Of a stretch of DNA of 64,000 nucleotides, positions 12,201-24,550 are shown one piece after another; position 1 is the first letter of the stretch; every line of letters begins with the position of its first letter. The notes below the pieces were generated by a model. It ran no database searches. It saw nothing but the letters and a program-made list of their open reading frames with translations, and was not told the DNA's origin. Origin of the DNA: Yuukianura sp. NJ FZ-2021 (taxonomy: Eukaryota); assembly GCA_046563655.1 (NCBI GenBank), contig CM102287.1:10292001-10356000 (forward strand), read 5' to 3'. A program made the translations under genes and the position numbers.

Positions 12201-15200
12201 CGACTGGTGGAATCATCCCACTCTATGGAAATTCAAATGCAACCAAAGGAGTTGACAAAGTAAAGTCTAAAATTTTGGAGAAAGTTTAAAAAGTTAAAAC
12301 TGTTTTGATTTGTTGCAGATTTTGAAAGCTCCGGAGGATGAGAAAGTGCGAAGATGCTTTAAGATCTGGAAGGGACTGAACATGGCTCTGGCTGACTACG
12401 ATCCTTTCCTGGGCGTAACCTATGACTACGAGAGTAATGACCAAAATACGTCTGTTTCCACGCAACACTTCCAGGAAATCTGGTACGGAAAGTACACAGA
12501 GGCAGGGAGTCCCATTGAGTGGATCGAACTGGGGTCAAAGGAATATCAAGACAGCCTCACTCCACCAGGTCACTCTTACATTATTTTACATTATTACATT
12601 ACATTATTACATAATTTACATTATTATATTACTATTACATTATTTACATTACATTTATTCCAAATTTTAATTATTTTAGTTTTCTGGGAGAGACTATTAA
12701 TACGACTTTGTCCGTCTGTCCGTCTGTCTGTCCACACTTTTTAATTTTCTTTTTAATTTTTAGTACACATTGACCCTGGAATCACGAGTGCCGAAACATC
12801 CAGAAATATCTCCGAAGCAGCCAAGATCTGCAGAGCAGTATACTCCCAGCACATACTGCCGATGTTTCCAAATGAGCAGAATCGAACTGCTTTTCGATGG
12901 ACGCAGGAACCAGATCATCACAACTGCATCATCATCGACGGAACGCCCAAACCAACTGCTCCTAATGTCGTCCAACTTCTGATCGAAATGACTTTTAGTA
13001 AGGTTTGACAATCTATTTTATATATTTTATTATATATAATATATTTAAATATTTAATTTAAGTATCAAATACTTGCTTAACTCCTTTTAGCTTTCTACAA
13101 GGAGCTAGACTGTAATCCCGATAGCCCCAACTTCCGAGGGCAATGTGAACCATTCCAGAAGGTAAATCTTTGTTGCTTTTTATTTTCAATTCAAAATTTT
13201 ATGAGACTTTTTTCAAAATATGAAACTTTTTCAGAATATGGTCTCTTTTTTTTTTTGAAATTTTGTAGGCGAAATGTTTGAGATATCACTACTGTATGGA
13301 TTTAGTAGGGAAAGCTAATAAATCTGGCTCCACCAAACCTCCGCCACGACCAGACCCTCCGAAATGTGAAGTCATTCCGAAGATCGACTGTCCGCAAATT
13401 CCGTGCTACACTCCGCCTTCCCTCACTTGCTCTACGGCCTGCGACTGTCCAAAGTGCCCCACCATCACTGCCTGTCCACCCGACCATTGTCATCCACCGT
13501 GCTCAGTCTGTCCAGAGATCCATTTGTTCCGTAAGGTCACTTCAATTTGATTTTCAATGTCAAAGGTCACGAGGTCACTTTGTTTGTAGCTCGTCGCTGT
13601 GATTGTCCGGATACTGGCGAGGGACCCTGCGATGCAGCCCAGATTAAGGCCCAATGTAGCCCTTGTCCCAACAGCACAACGGATTGCATCAAGTCTCCCT
13701 TTGGACCATGCAAACCCGGATCAACACTCTTCTGTCCGGAAGCCATTCTCCAAAACAGAAAAGGTTTCAACTTTTTTAGAAAATTTGAAAAAGAGTTTCA
13801 AAGTTCAATTTTTAATTTGAATTCTAAATTTTGGTAGGTCCGTATTGTCCCAAATGCATGCAGGATTTCAATGCTGCTCTGGAGGGAGACTACGACTATC
13901 CAGTGAAAGCTAGAATTTCAAATGCAGTGAATGGGTCAAATGGGTCACTTCCGAGTGACCTTGACCTTTGTAAGCAAATGATCACTGGCAAGAAGGTGGA
14001 GGACTACTGCAAGTTCTCGGTTCAGGACATCCGACTTTTTGTCATTGCACAACATGAAGGTAAACATTCAATTTTGATTCTGATTTCAAAAAAAGTTTCT
14101 TAGCATTTTTTAAAAAATTCAACCTTTGAATTTCAGTTTTCAAACCGGTGCTGGACGGAAATTCTTGGGAAATTGTGTCAATTTTTCCAAAACAACCTTG
14201 CACAGATTCACATTTTGAGGTGTGTTGGGGTCATCTAAAGGTCATTTGAGGTCAGGAATGATTTTGGTTTTGTTTTTTTCAGAGAATTTACAATGTTCAT
14301 AGTTTGGATGAATCGTACTTTGGTGACGTGAGGTTGCCAGTTGAGGAGAGGAAGAGTTGTTTTGAGCGATTCGTGACGCGACCGAGGGATGAACTCGTGA
14401 TGGTTCGGCTGACGTACACGCGCAAGACGAACAATCATCTCTTCATCTACGGCCCCAAACTCCTTCACAGGTAACAACTCCAAAATCAAATTCAAAAACT
14501 GAAATTTTGAACTTTTTTGAAAGTTGATTTTGATTTTGTAGTATGGACGGGGGTGCGACGCTTGTTTTGATGCGTGACTTCCCTCAAGTCCCTTCGCTTC
14601 TGAATGAGCTGGACTATGACATGGTGAAGTTGCTGAACGAGCATGTGATCATGGTGATGGCTTTTAGCAACGGCGCTCTTTACGCTTTCCTCACGAGCAA
14701 AAGAGAACTGTGGCTCGGAACTACCGGAAGCATTCGTCAAGCTCGGTGACACTTTTTCAGATACTTTTTCAAAGGTCAAAGGTCAACCGATCATCTACAA
14801 CTCTTTTTTCAGACTTCGACCGAACTACGGATGGTCAATGATGCACTTGCGTCTGTACAAGAATATGATTGGAGTCGAAGAAGCCATTCCCTTCGCCCTC
14901 CTCTTTGACTCTTTTGACAAACTCTTTGAACTCGTAGCACTCAGAGATCCAGAAGGTAACGCTAAAAGTGAAACTGAAAGTTAAAAGTTAAGAAAAAAGT
15001 TGAAAGTTAAGTTAAAAGTGGAACTAAACATGTCTTTTCTTTTATTTTGAGGCCACATTGACCGAATCCTGAAGCGCCCAGTGGACATTCAGCTCATTCT
15101 GAGTCACAACTACTTTGTGCAAGACCTCCAGCATCACGTCAACCGGGAACTGCTGCTCCAGTACAAATCCAATGCCAATGAGGACTTTATCAATGCGACA

Positions 15201-18102
15201 GTCACTAAGCCTCTCCAAATGAGGTCTACACTCTACGTTCACTACGATGTCAAGGACCTGTCTCTCTACTGCCCCTTCAGCCAAATGAAAATCTACCAAA
15301 ACTACTCAAAAACACTCAACAGACGCCAAAGATTCCACTTCAACCCACCAGTAACTCTACATTTTTAACATTTTGCATTTTAACATTTTAACATTCTTTG
15401 CAGTTTTAACATTTTAACATTTTTTGCAGTTTTTAAGTTTTTGCATTTTGTCGTTTGCAGCGACAGCATCTCCTCCTCGGAATTGACCATAAACCGTCAA
15501 GTCTCATTGCATACTCTGTTTCAACGTAAGTTAAAACAAAAGTTAAAACGTAGTTGAAACATAAGTTAAAACATATAAATGTAATATGTTTGTGTTTTTC
15601 TTCACTTATTTTTAGTTTTGGAATGGTATACGAAGCTTTCTTGCGGAAAGACTCTGATGAAATCTACTCCAATGTGAGACGAGATCCAATCGAGAAGTGG
15701 CGAATTGCCAAAACGGAAGAAGCCTACATTGGCTACATTCGCTACCTCAAGAAGGTGTGAAAAATTAATTGATTTACATGAATTAACTAATTAATTGAAA
15801 CTAATTAATTGGTTACTAAAAAGGATCCAAGGAGAAGTGGGATTTTAGTGGATCCGAGAGAAGCAGCTACTCGACTTGTGGATGCTGCCAATGCCTCTAA
15901 TATTGGAAACAACTGGATTGAAAAGTACTGGATCAACTACAACCAAATCATTCGACTCGAAATCCAATTTTTCATCAAGAATGCCCAGTTTTTGACCAAA
16001 ACGGACTTCCTCGTTCAAAAACTGTCTGAAATCCAAATCAATGTGGACAATGGAAACGGAGAAATTGTGCGTCTGGACACGGAGAGACAAGTCATTCCAA
16101 AATCTGCCTCCGTCAAGTTCATTGCTCACATTAGTCTCTTTGAAAATAACAAATTGAAGCCATCTTATCCTGGATTTGGTGACACATTTCACACCTTTAG
16201 TTAATTAATCAAAGGTTAATTAACTTTGTCTTTTCGTAGGATTGGTTCCTGTGCCACTGTCGTTTCACCTCATTGGTGGATTTGGACGCTGTTTCAAAAT
16301 GGAGCACTGGGGAATGGTTGGAGAGTCTTTGAGTACAACAGTTGTTGCCGGGTTGGATTCTCAAATTTTGATTTTCCAAATTTGAAATTTTAATTTCGTG
16401 AATTTTAATTTAAGAAATTTTGAAATTTTAAAGGTGTCCACCAGCCACTGATCTTCTGTTTGACTGGAACGCAACACTCCATTCACTTCAATTCAGGTAA
16501 AGTTAAAAAACAGTTTTAACTTTCAGGTTAAAATTGTTAAGTTTTAATTACGTTAGCTTGGTTAGGTTAGGTTTAATTAGTGATTTTGTTCAACAGGAGC
16601 CTCACAGACAAATATGGAGACGCAAGTTACTGTGGGCATGGCGAAATTGTAAAAAAGAAATTTTTTTTTTTTTAAATTTGGGTAGTTTTTAAAAAATGTT
16701 TGCAAATCCTGAATTGAGTTGTTCACAGGTCTGTTTCTCAAGCAAGGAAGCAATTACGTTCAACTTTGACGTTTTGGACTTGTCTAATCAGCGCTACATT
16801 CCATTCGACGGAAAGTTTAAACTCCAGGTACTTTGCAATAAAGTTAAAATCAACTTTAATTAACGGTTTTAACTGTTAAATGTTAAAAATGTTTTCACTT
16901 TGAGATAATCGGAGGTGGTAAAACTCGTAACACAATCAAGCGCTACAACCAAGACCAAATCGGTGCTTTCAACATTCCTGGAAAATCGGATATTTCTCTC
17001 ATCTGGACAATCGTTGTTCCAGACTCAGAGAAGGACAAAGTATTGGAGAAGGATCCAGAAACACAGGAAAACGTACTCACAGCAGGAGTCACGCAGATCA
17101 AGTTTACTTGCAACACACTCAGTCCTTGTAAGGAACAATTCCGTGACCTTTGACCTCAACGACAGAATTCTGTTGACCTTTGACCTCAATGAAAAACGTT
17201 TGTTGACCTTTAGGTGCTCGGGTTGCTCCAAGACTGGATCTCCAAGTCGAATTTTTCATGTTGGTTCGTATTTCAAACAAAGGAGTTGACAAAGAGACGC
17301 TGTGTATCCACGAACGTGAATTTGTAAGTTTTCAAGTTGAGAATTTTGAAATTTTCTGGGATTGAATTTTTTTTTTTTGGAAGTTTTAAAAATTTTGAAT
17401 TTTTGTTTTAGGTGATAATGTTGTATGGATTCACACCAAGTCCCGAAATCCAGATCGTGTTGACGCTGATTGGTTGCTTCCTTCTGCTGACTGTGATGTA
17501 CATCTTCTACGTGTGTTGTCGTCGTCATCGCAAAGTGTGGAGAGCAAATAAACTTAGAATCCTGGGATGGTGGCAGATCATCGTCGACACTTTCCCAAGG
17601 TCAATCAAGGAGGGCAAGGACTCTGTCGAAGCTCATCGTCGAAGGGACTCCATCATCCTGTCCCTTCAAGGGCACCTCAAAATCCCTGAAATTGTGTCCA
17701 AAATACCCGAGTCTCAGCCGGAACAAGACGAAGATGAGTCGATGGGAAGTTCGGGAGACAAGTCGAGCCAATCCGGAGAATCGGAAGGATCCGACTCCTC
17801 CGTGCCTCGAGTCAGAGCTAGGAGGAAGGGAGCTACTTGGACGGACATGGTAAGAACTTAGCCTAATCACCTAATCTTAGCCTAATTTGTTAGCCTAATC
17901 TTAACCTAATGTTCTTCATTAGGTTTATGAGCAAATCATCAGCCAGCGCCTGTTGGCAATTGTGAATCGGAATCGACGCATGCGTGACTATGTTCTCAAT
18001 ACTGCTCCTCCTCTCGTCGAAGACTTTGATAGTCTGCTTCCTGGAAACGAAGAAAGTTCGCCGTCCGTTCCAACGCGGCCAGAGGGCAAGAAAACCGTGT
18101 AA
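9245..18102 (+). CDS. CATSPERG: CatSper auxiliary subunit gamma-like single-pass membrane protein, more than 20 exons, with a Cys/Pro-rich insert
   Basis: N-terminal signal peptide. Spliced segments recall CATSPERG: LFIYGPKLLHSMDGG..LMRDFP, RLRPNYGW, YCPFSQMKI, RRDPIEKWR, AGCPPATDLLFD, FDGKFKLQIIGGG, VRISNKGVDKETLC..FVIMLYG followed by one TM helix. Frame traced through most junctions. Confidence 0.75.
9880..9990. repeat. Degenerate intronic tandem repeat of AAACGTTTTAC-like units
   Basis: Repeated acgtttt units fill intron 1 of the CATSPERG-like gene. Confidence 0.7.
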
Positions 18103-18978
18103 TCACGTGTACGTGTGAACGTGTAACCGTGTAATTAGTGTGAAGTGATGCTTTGTGAATTAATTGTATTTAGCTAACTTACTTGTCTTTTACGTAAAAT
18201 GTTTAGTTTTAGTAGCTGTTAGGGTTATGCTGAAATCCTATTTTTTCCGTTTTTTCATCACTTTTGTTACATACATACTCTTTTTTGGTTAAGTAAATGT
18301 ACGAGTGAAGGAAACGGTTTGTTTTTCATTATTTTCAATTACATTTTGCAATTTTAGTTTGTATAATTACACTATTACGTCACGTCTCAAAATTTTAGAG
18401 GAAATTGAAAAAATTCCAGCATGTTAAAATTACGACAAACTTTGACGCCATATAATAATTTCTGAATTTCAGACATTGTAATAACGCGCGAAATACTCAG
18501 AGTGAATTATTTTAAATTTTAAGTGACGTCGAATCTAACAAAAAACTTTTCTTATTTTCTTCCGCTGAAATTTCAAAATTTTGACTTTGCAGCGATTTCT
18601 AGGCAAGGCTCAAGCTCTCTTCAACGCTCAGAACATTTCAAAAAACTTTTGCACCCAGTCAAGTAAATTTTGAAAAAAAAACGTAGAAAGTGTCTTAGTG
18701 TTCATAAAGGTGGAATGAATTTAAAATGTTTGTTTAAAAAAAAGAGGATATTTAAGAAATGAAATAGGTTTTGAATTTGTTAATTTTTAATTGTCTTTGG
18801 TCCACTCTAGAGAATTAAGCTGGAAAAGTGAAAAGTCACGCAGAGGGACGCCATTTTGGTTCCTCCAACTTTGTAGCAGTCAAGATCCAAATGTGGAAAG
18901 CACAACCTAACATCAAAACTAGCCTAATCTAATTGAGTTGTTAAGTTAAAGTTAGGCTAAGCTAACTAAAAGTCCAAC

Positions 18979-20337
18979 ATGGAGGAGCACGAGAGCTATG
19001 AGAAACTGGTCCGATATTCTGGAGAGCCAGTTCCTCTCTTCGTCCAGATACGATGCCCCACAATCAACAAGGTTTTCAGCTAACTTTTTTGAATTTTCAA
19101 AAAAATTGTTCAAAATTTCGAAACTTGTTTCTTTGAAAGGCTTACATTGCGGAGAAATTGAAACTGCCTGAACAGTTCTTGGGAGCAATGACACTCAAGG
19201 AAGGAACTTTCGTCACCATCGTTTGGCTTCAAGTTAGATTTTTTTCAAAAGTTTTGAAAAAAAAAAACTAAAAATTTCGAAATGTTTTGAACTCAAAAAT
19301 ATTCAGCGTTTCAAATGCTTTTAGTGTGCTGCAGTGGCCTTCACTGCCTACTTGTGGTACGTTAAAAATCTAAAATTCAAACTTTTGACACGTCAATTTT
19401 GAAATTTTAATTTCGTTTTCCTAAAAGTTCATTTTTTAAAACTAGTGTCTACATAACACTTTGGAAGGAGTACGGTGACTTTGTGTGGCGAACTAAATTT
19501 GAGGTCAGGGTTTTCTAATTTTTCAAAATTTCGGAATTTTTTGAAGTTTTTTGAGTTGAATTTGAAAAAAATTTAGGCTGATTTTGACCCCTACTACCGG
19601 GACGAAGAAATGGACAAAATCAATTACTTTGCACCGCGTAAGAAGGTCAAAAGGTCAACCAAAAAATGAGAAAGATGAAACTGTTTTCTTATTTTCAGTG
19701 TGGGATGACATGGCGTTGGCCATGGCAATTACACACGCTGTGTACTTTGTGACTGGACTCGGAGTGTGCTATGGCCTCTGCTACAACCATGTCAGTTCCT
19801 CGACACAAAAATCTAGTTCAACTTTGATTTCCAAAGTAATTAGTTAACTAATTAATGTGAGTTTCAGTGTCACCCGTGTGTGTACCTCCCATGGCTCCTC
19901 ATGACCGGGTTCCTCGTGGCCACGACGTACCTCACGAGCTTCTTTATGTTCATCGGCCTCTTCTTCATCCGCCGACCATTGTCTGTCACTTGGGATTTCG
20001 TTCCCATGGTAACCCTTTCAAATTTCCATCTACAGATCAACTTTTAAGTTCCCTAACCTTCAAAAATGTCAATTTCATGTCCTAGATCTGCGTTTTTCTA
20101 TATGCGTTGGTGTGGTCTTATGGATTCTTCATCGTCATCGCTCACTACAAGGTCAGTCAAGGTCATCTCATGGAGTAGGAGACTAACGTCCTATTTTAAT
20201 TCATTTTCTAGTTAATACAGTTAATAGTATACATTTGAAATATTTAGGGTGAAGTTGATGATTTAATTTTACAGCGTCGCTGTATCGTTCGGTTCTGGCG
20301 GAAGAATAAGCAGAAGGAGTTCTTCGGTGGGCAGTGA
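18979..20337 (+). CDS. Uncharacterised four-transmembrane protein, 9 small exons
   Basis: Not captured as one ORF in the track. Exons join in frame: MEEHESYEK.. FLGAMTLKEGTFVTIVWLQCAAVAFTAYLC.. LAMAITHAVYFVTGLGVCYGL.. VYLPWLLMTGFL.. ICVFLYALVWSYGFFIVIAHYK.. The layout resembles LAPTM/DUF4728-type tetraspan proteins. Confidence 0.7.
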
Positions 20338-20338
20338 T

Positions 20339-20924
20339 TCAAATGAGTCTATTCATCATGAGGGCTTGTTGCTGTTGCTTCGCCACTTCTTGTAAAGCTT
20401 GTCTCCCCGTTATCTTCGTGGGCAGAATTTCTGAAACACAACAAAAGTCAAAAGTCACAACCACATCTTTCCGTATCTCATGAATCCAAAACGCACCTCT
20501 CAAAAATTCTAGATTCTTTTCCCGTTTGACAGCTTCTGAGAGATTACTGTACTCGTATGACATTTGACCCCTTGGATTTGACACAGCTGTTCTCGTCATA
20601 TGATCCACAAAAAGTTCCTAAAATTTCACAAAATCCACAACTTTAGAATAATAAACGTTCCCGACACTCACTGCGCAGTAAAGATGAAACATGAAAAGTT
20701 TTTGGGATTGATTTGCTTACTGCTGCTTTGGTGACCATGAAGAGTGCGTCATTGCCGACATGGTCCACTCCTGGAGAAGACTTCATGATGGCCCTCACTT
20801 TGTTCTGAGACAGAATAACGTCTGGTCGTGTTCTGGTGGACGATGTCCAGGAGTTGGTGGTAGGCGAATTGACGGAACGAGCCGAGGAGCTTCCCTTGGG
20901 AGATTTATGCCCACTGCTCTGCAT
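20339..20924 (-). CDS. CHRAC1: Chromatin accessibility complex protein 1-like (histone fold), 3 coding exons
   Basis: LSQNKVRAIMKSSPGV..ALFMVTKAA|ELFVDHM..MSYEYSNLSEAVKREKNLEFLR|EILPTKIT. Confidence 0.8.
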
Positions 20925-23900
20925 TTCTTATCTTGTGCCTTGACCTACGCAGATTTTCAAGACAAGCGTTAATTAAGTTGATTTAGAAAGAATAGACATT
21001 TTTTTAACTTACGAGATGCAGATGGCCTTTGAACTCGTGTTGGCAAATTGGACGTGTAATGTGTAAATGTAAATGTATTTTTCCTAGGATAAAGTTCTTA
21101 ATAATAAATAATTATAATTCATAAAAAACTAACATGAAATAACGATTAACGATTAACGATTTGCTAAATAAACAACGAACGTTAATTTTTGAGTTTGACA
21201 TTTGAGTGAATTTTCATTTTTATTTTTCATTTTTGTTTTATTTTGAAAAAATTGAATCCCGGTCGCGCCCTTTTCCTATTTACATTTTGACAAAATGAGA
21301 CACGTGAAGCGGGGATTTTTTTTCGTTACAATAAGTTATTGTTCCAAGATTTTAATCCAGTTCCAAAAAATAAATATTGAATGGATCTTACAGGAGTGAT
21401 TCTTTTATGTTGTTAATTTACATGCCGGTATTTGGATTTAATCTTGAGACGCTAATTATAATTACAATATTTATGATTATAGTTATAACTAATTGTAATT
21501 AATATTTATTTTCACCGTATGAGTCTCATGTTTTAGTTGGGTGTGAAAGTTTTAGATTAATTGGCCTAACCTAGTAGAGTGAAAGTGTTTGTGGATTGTC
21601 CAGTGACGATGACTGAGAACTGAATAATTGACTCCCCTTGAGATTCCGCACTGTTTGAAGCGAATGGCTTCATAAACCTTCCAGTGCCCGATTCCAGCCT
21701 CCGTCCAGCAGCTCCTGAATAAATAAACAGTTTCCAGCGTCAGGAACAACTTCCAAGGCGCCTGGAGAGGCACAAACTATTTGTGTCCATGAATCAAACC
21801 GTCCCACTGGACACTCTGACCAACTCTCATGTCAACTACAATGGAACCTATCCATAATTGAACAACTACCTTCATAACACTGCAGTGGAGTCAAGAGGTC
21901 AAAGGTCACTACGATACATGAAGTTTTCATTAATTTCCTCTTATTGACTTTCACTTTTAGGAACTCAAAATGAGAAAAACTTTGTGGAAAGCATCTCTTC
22001 TCTTTATAAACGATCATTGATCAGAGCATCTTGTTCCTAAAGGCATTGACCTCTGTGACCTCTACTCCTTATGTTGTGTTTCATGTGAGATTAGACTACG
22101 TCAGGTAAGGTATCTGTGTGGCTTATGTAATTTAGGAGTCATTTCTTATTCATGTGCTCCAAATTCCATCCACAACCTCCTCTTTCCCTCGAATGTGCCA
22201 AAGTTTCAATTTCCCACTGGGAAATGAACACTCTGGCATCACCTTTTCCCGCTCTCCATTTCCTCAACCCTATTTCTCCACCATTTCCTCAGTGTTTCCG
22301 AGGAAATGGTTTCCTCAGTGGACTGAGAGAGAGGATGTGGAGTTGATTTAATTAGAGGAGAGGGAGTAACTCAATTGCGTCTTAAGCTTCTCTCAGCCTC
22401 AACTTCAATTTGTGGACAGAGTGTTGGGTGGATTAAGGGTCCCTGTCAAGGGACTTGGACACTTGAACACAGTGTTCAGTGTCCAAAGGTCACTCAGAGT
22501 CTGGACACGGTGGGATTACATTGGCGCATGACTTACTTTCTCTTTCTCCAGTTCCACAAACAGTGAAACCCGGGTTTCTTCTCACGATCAGTTCCTTTCG
22601 GTTCCTCACCTCAAGCAGTGCAATCAAAACTTTCTCCAGCCACCATGGAGTTCTCCAGCGTCTTTCCAGCGATCACAGTTTTCCAGCGTCGAGTGGAAAA
22701 AGACAAGGTGTCCAGTGATTTGTTTTTGTGAAGGTGTAAATGAAGTGTGACTGATTTGAGAGTGGAAGCCTCTGAAGCTGTCAGATAAGAAACAAAGTGA
22801 AAGCAAAAAGCCTGTCTTCGCCACTTTCTTTTTTTCTCCACACTTAATCCACCCTCATCTTCTCTTTTCAGTTTGTGAAAACCTGTTTTTCAACTCCAAG
22901 TCACATCCAATTGTCCACAAAACTTGGACAATTTCATCTTAAGTTAAGAATCACGCTCAACTCAATTTCCGTCATCCGGAAATCCGGAAAAGTCTTTGCC
23001 CTCAGGCGCTGTCGCAAATCATGCCAAAAAGTTCTGAAGTTCAAAAAATTTAAAATCTTCAAAGCTTTCAACTCCAATACAAAACTGTCTTTTTACTGAA
23101 AGTAGCCGATTTTTTGAATTTTTGAGGAAACGCGGATTTGGAACGTGAAAAAACGGATTTGGCGTCCCGTTTCGTGAATTTCGGCAGTAAAGGAGCTAAA
23201 GACAGGAGAAATGAGAAGATTTGGATTTGACCTTTGACATGACTAGGTGAGTGGAGCGGATGACCCACTTTTTGGTTTTTGAGTCCATGGAGAGTGTGTG
23301 TGACTGGACCTTTAAACTGTTTTGATGCAAAAGTGAGGTGGTTTTGGCGGTGTTTTGAAGGATCAATAAATTTGAGAGTTTTTGGAACTAGAAAGTGGGG
23401 CTGGAATGAAAATATGGGAAATTGGAACGACCAGTTCTAGACCCATCATTAAACACGCCAAAGTCCCACCCACGGCCCCACGCAGCCCCACCTTCCTCCT
23501 CATTATTCATTCCCCACCACAAATCCACACTAAACAACAAAAGTCTCAACTTTCTTTTCTCTTTTGAGACAAAAAGTTGGTGAAAGTCTGGAGAAAGCAA
23601 CAGCTCCATTCCCCAACACTACAAATGTCAACGGTATTGTCTATCAAACGCATCTTTGACACACAAAAATAATTGGCAAAAAAAAATTTCTGAAATTTTA
23701 ATAATTTCATAATTTGAAACCACAACAAACTCAAAAAAAAGTCTCCCGAAACATCAGAATTTCGAAGAAAAAGAAGAAAGTAAAAAACTTTCCACTTTTG
23801 TCAAAAGTTTAAAAAAAGTGAAATGAAAATTGGTGTACAAGCAATTTCTCCCCACTTTACTTTTCTGAAAATATGTTTGTTTTAGAAAATGAAAAACGCT

Positions 23901-24550
23901 TTGTTCCAAAATTGAAGTTTTTTTTTTGGAAATGAAGGTTTTTTGTTAAACCTTGAAAACAATGTGAAAGTTTGAGGGAGTAGAGATCAAACAAGAGAAA
24001 ATGAAATTTTGTTAGGCATGAGAAAATGCCATTGACCAACTTCCATATCATTTCTTCGCTTTCTTTTTGCTTTCACCTGGATGAAATCCAAGGGAAAAAG
24101 AAACACAAAAGTGATTGCGAAGTGCTTGGAAATGTCAACCGTGGTTAAAGGTCAAGTCAAAACATATACAAAAATTGGCAGCTCTCCAAAAAACCTTGGG
24201 ATGAAACACTTTGTATATTTTTTTTTGCAAAAATAACGAAAAGTGAAAGCGAGCTTTCCTTTTACCCCACTTTCCAAAAATTTGCAACTCTGCTACTATT
24301 TTTAGACACGCTTTTCACGGCTAATTTTTTGGAACACTTTTTTTTCTTATTTAGGCTAAGGTAAGATTAGCTTAGCGTGTTAGGTTACACGAAAAAAAGT
24401 AAGAACTTCAATTTTTTAGAAAATTGAAATTCGATCTTCTAGAAAATCGTTGTACTTTATATCTTGTTTGATATTTTTTTAACTTTTTGACCTTTAGATT
24501 TTGGGAGGTCGTGACCTTTGACCTTTGTGGTGGAATGTTAGGTTAACCTA

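Noticed and set aside
17412..17530. Assignment of the CatSper-like gene to subunit epsilon
   Set aside because: The TM-proximal YGFTPSP looks epsilon-like, but upstream blocks (SNKGVD..C, DPIEKWR, RLRPNYGW) fit gamma better. An HMM comparison would settle it.
22900..24500. Short ORFs upstream of the SCP-like gene
   Set aside because: AT-rich, low-complexity F/K/L translations with no consistent splice model.
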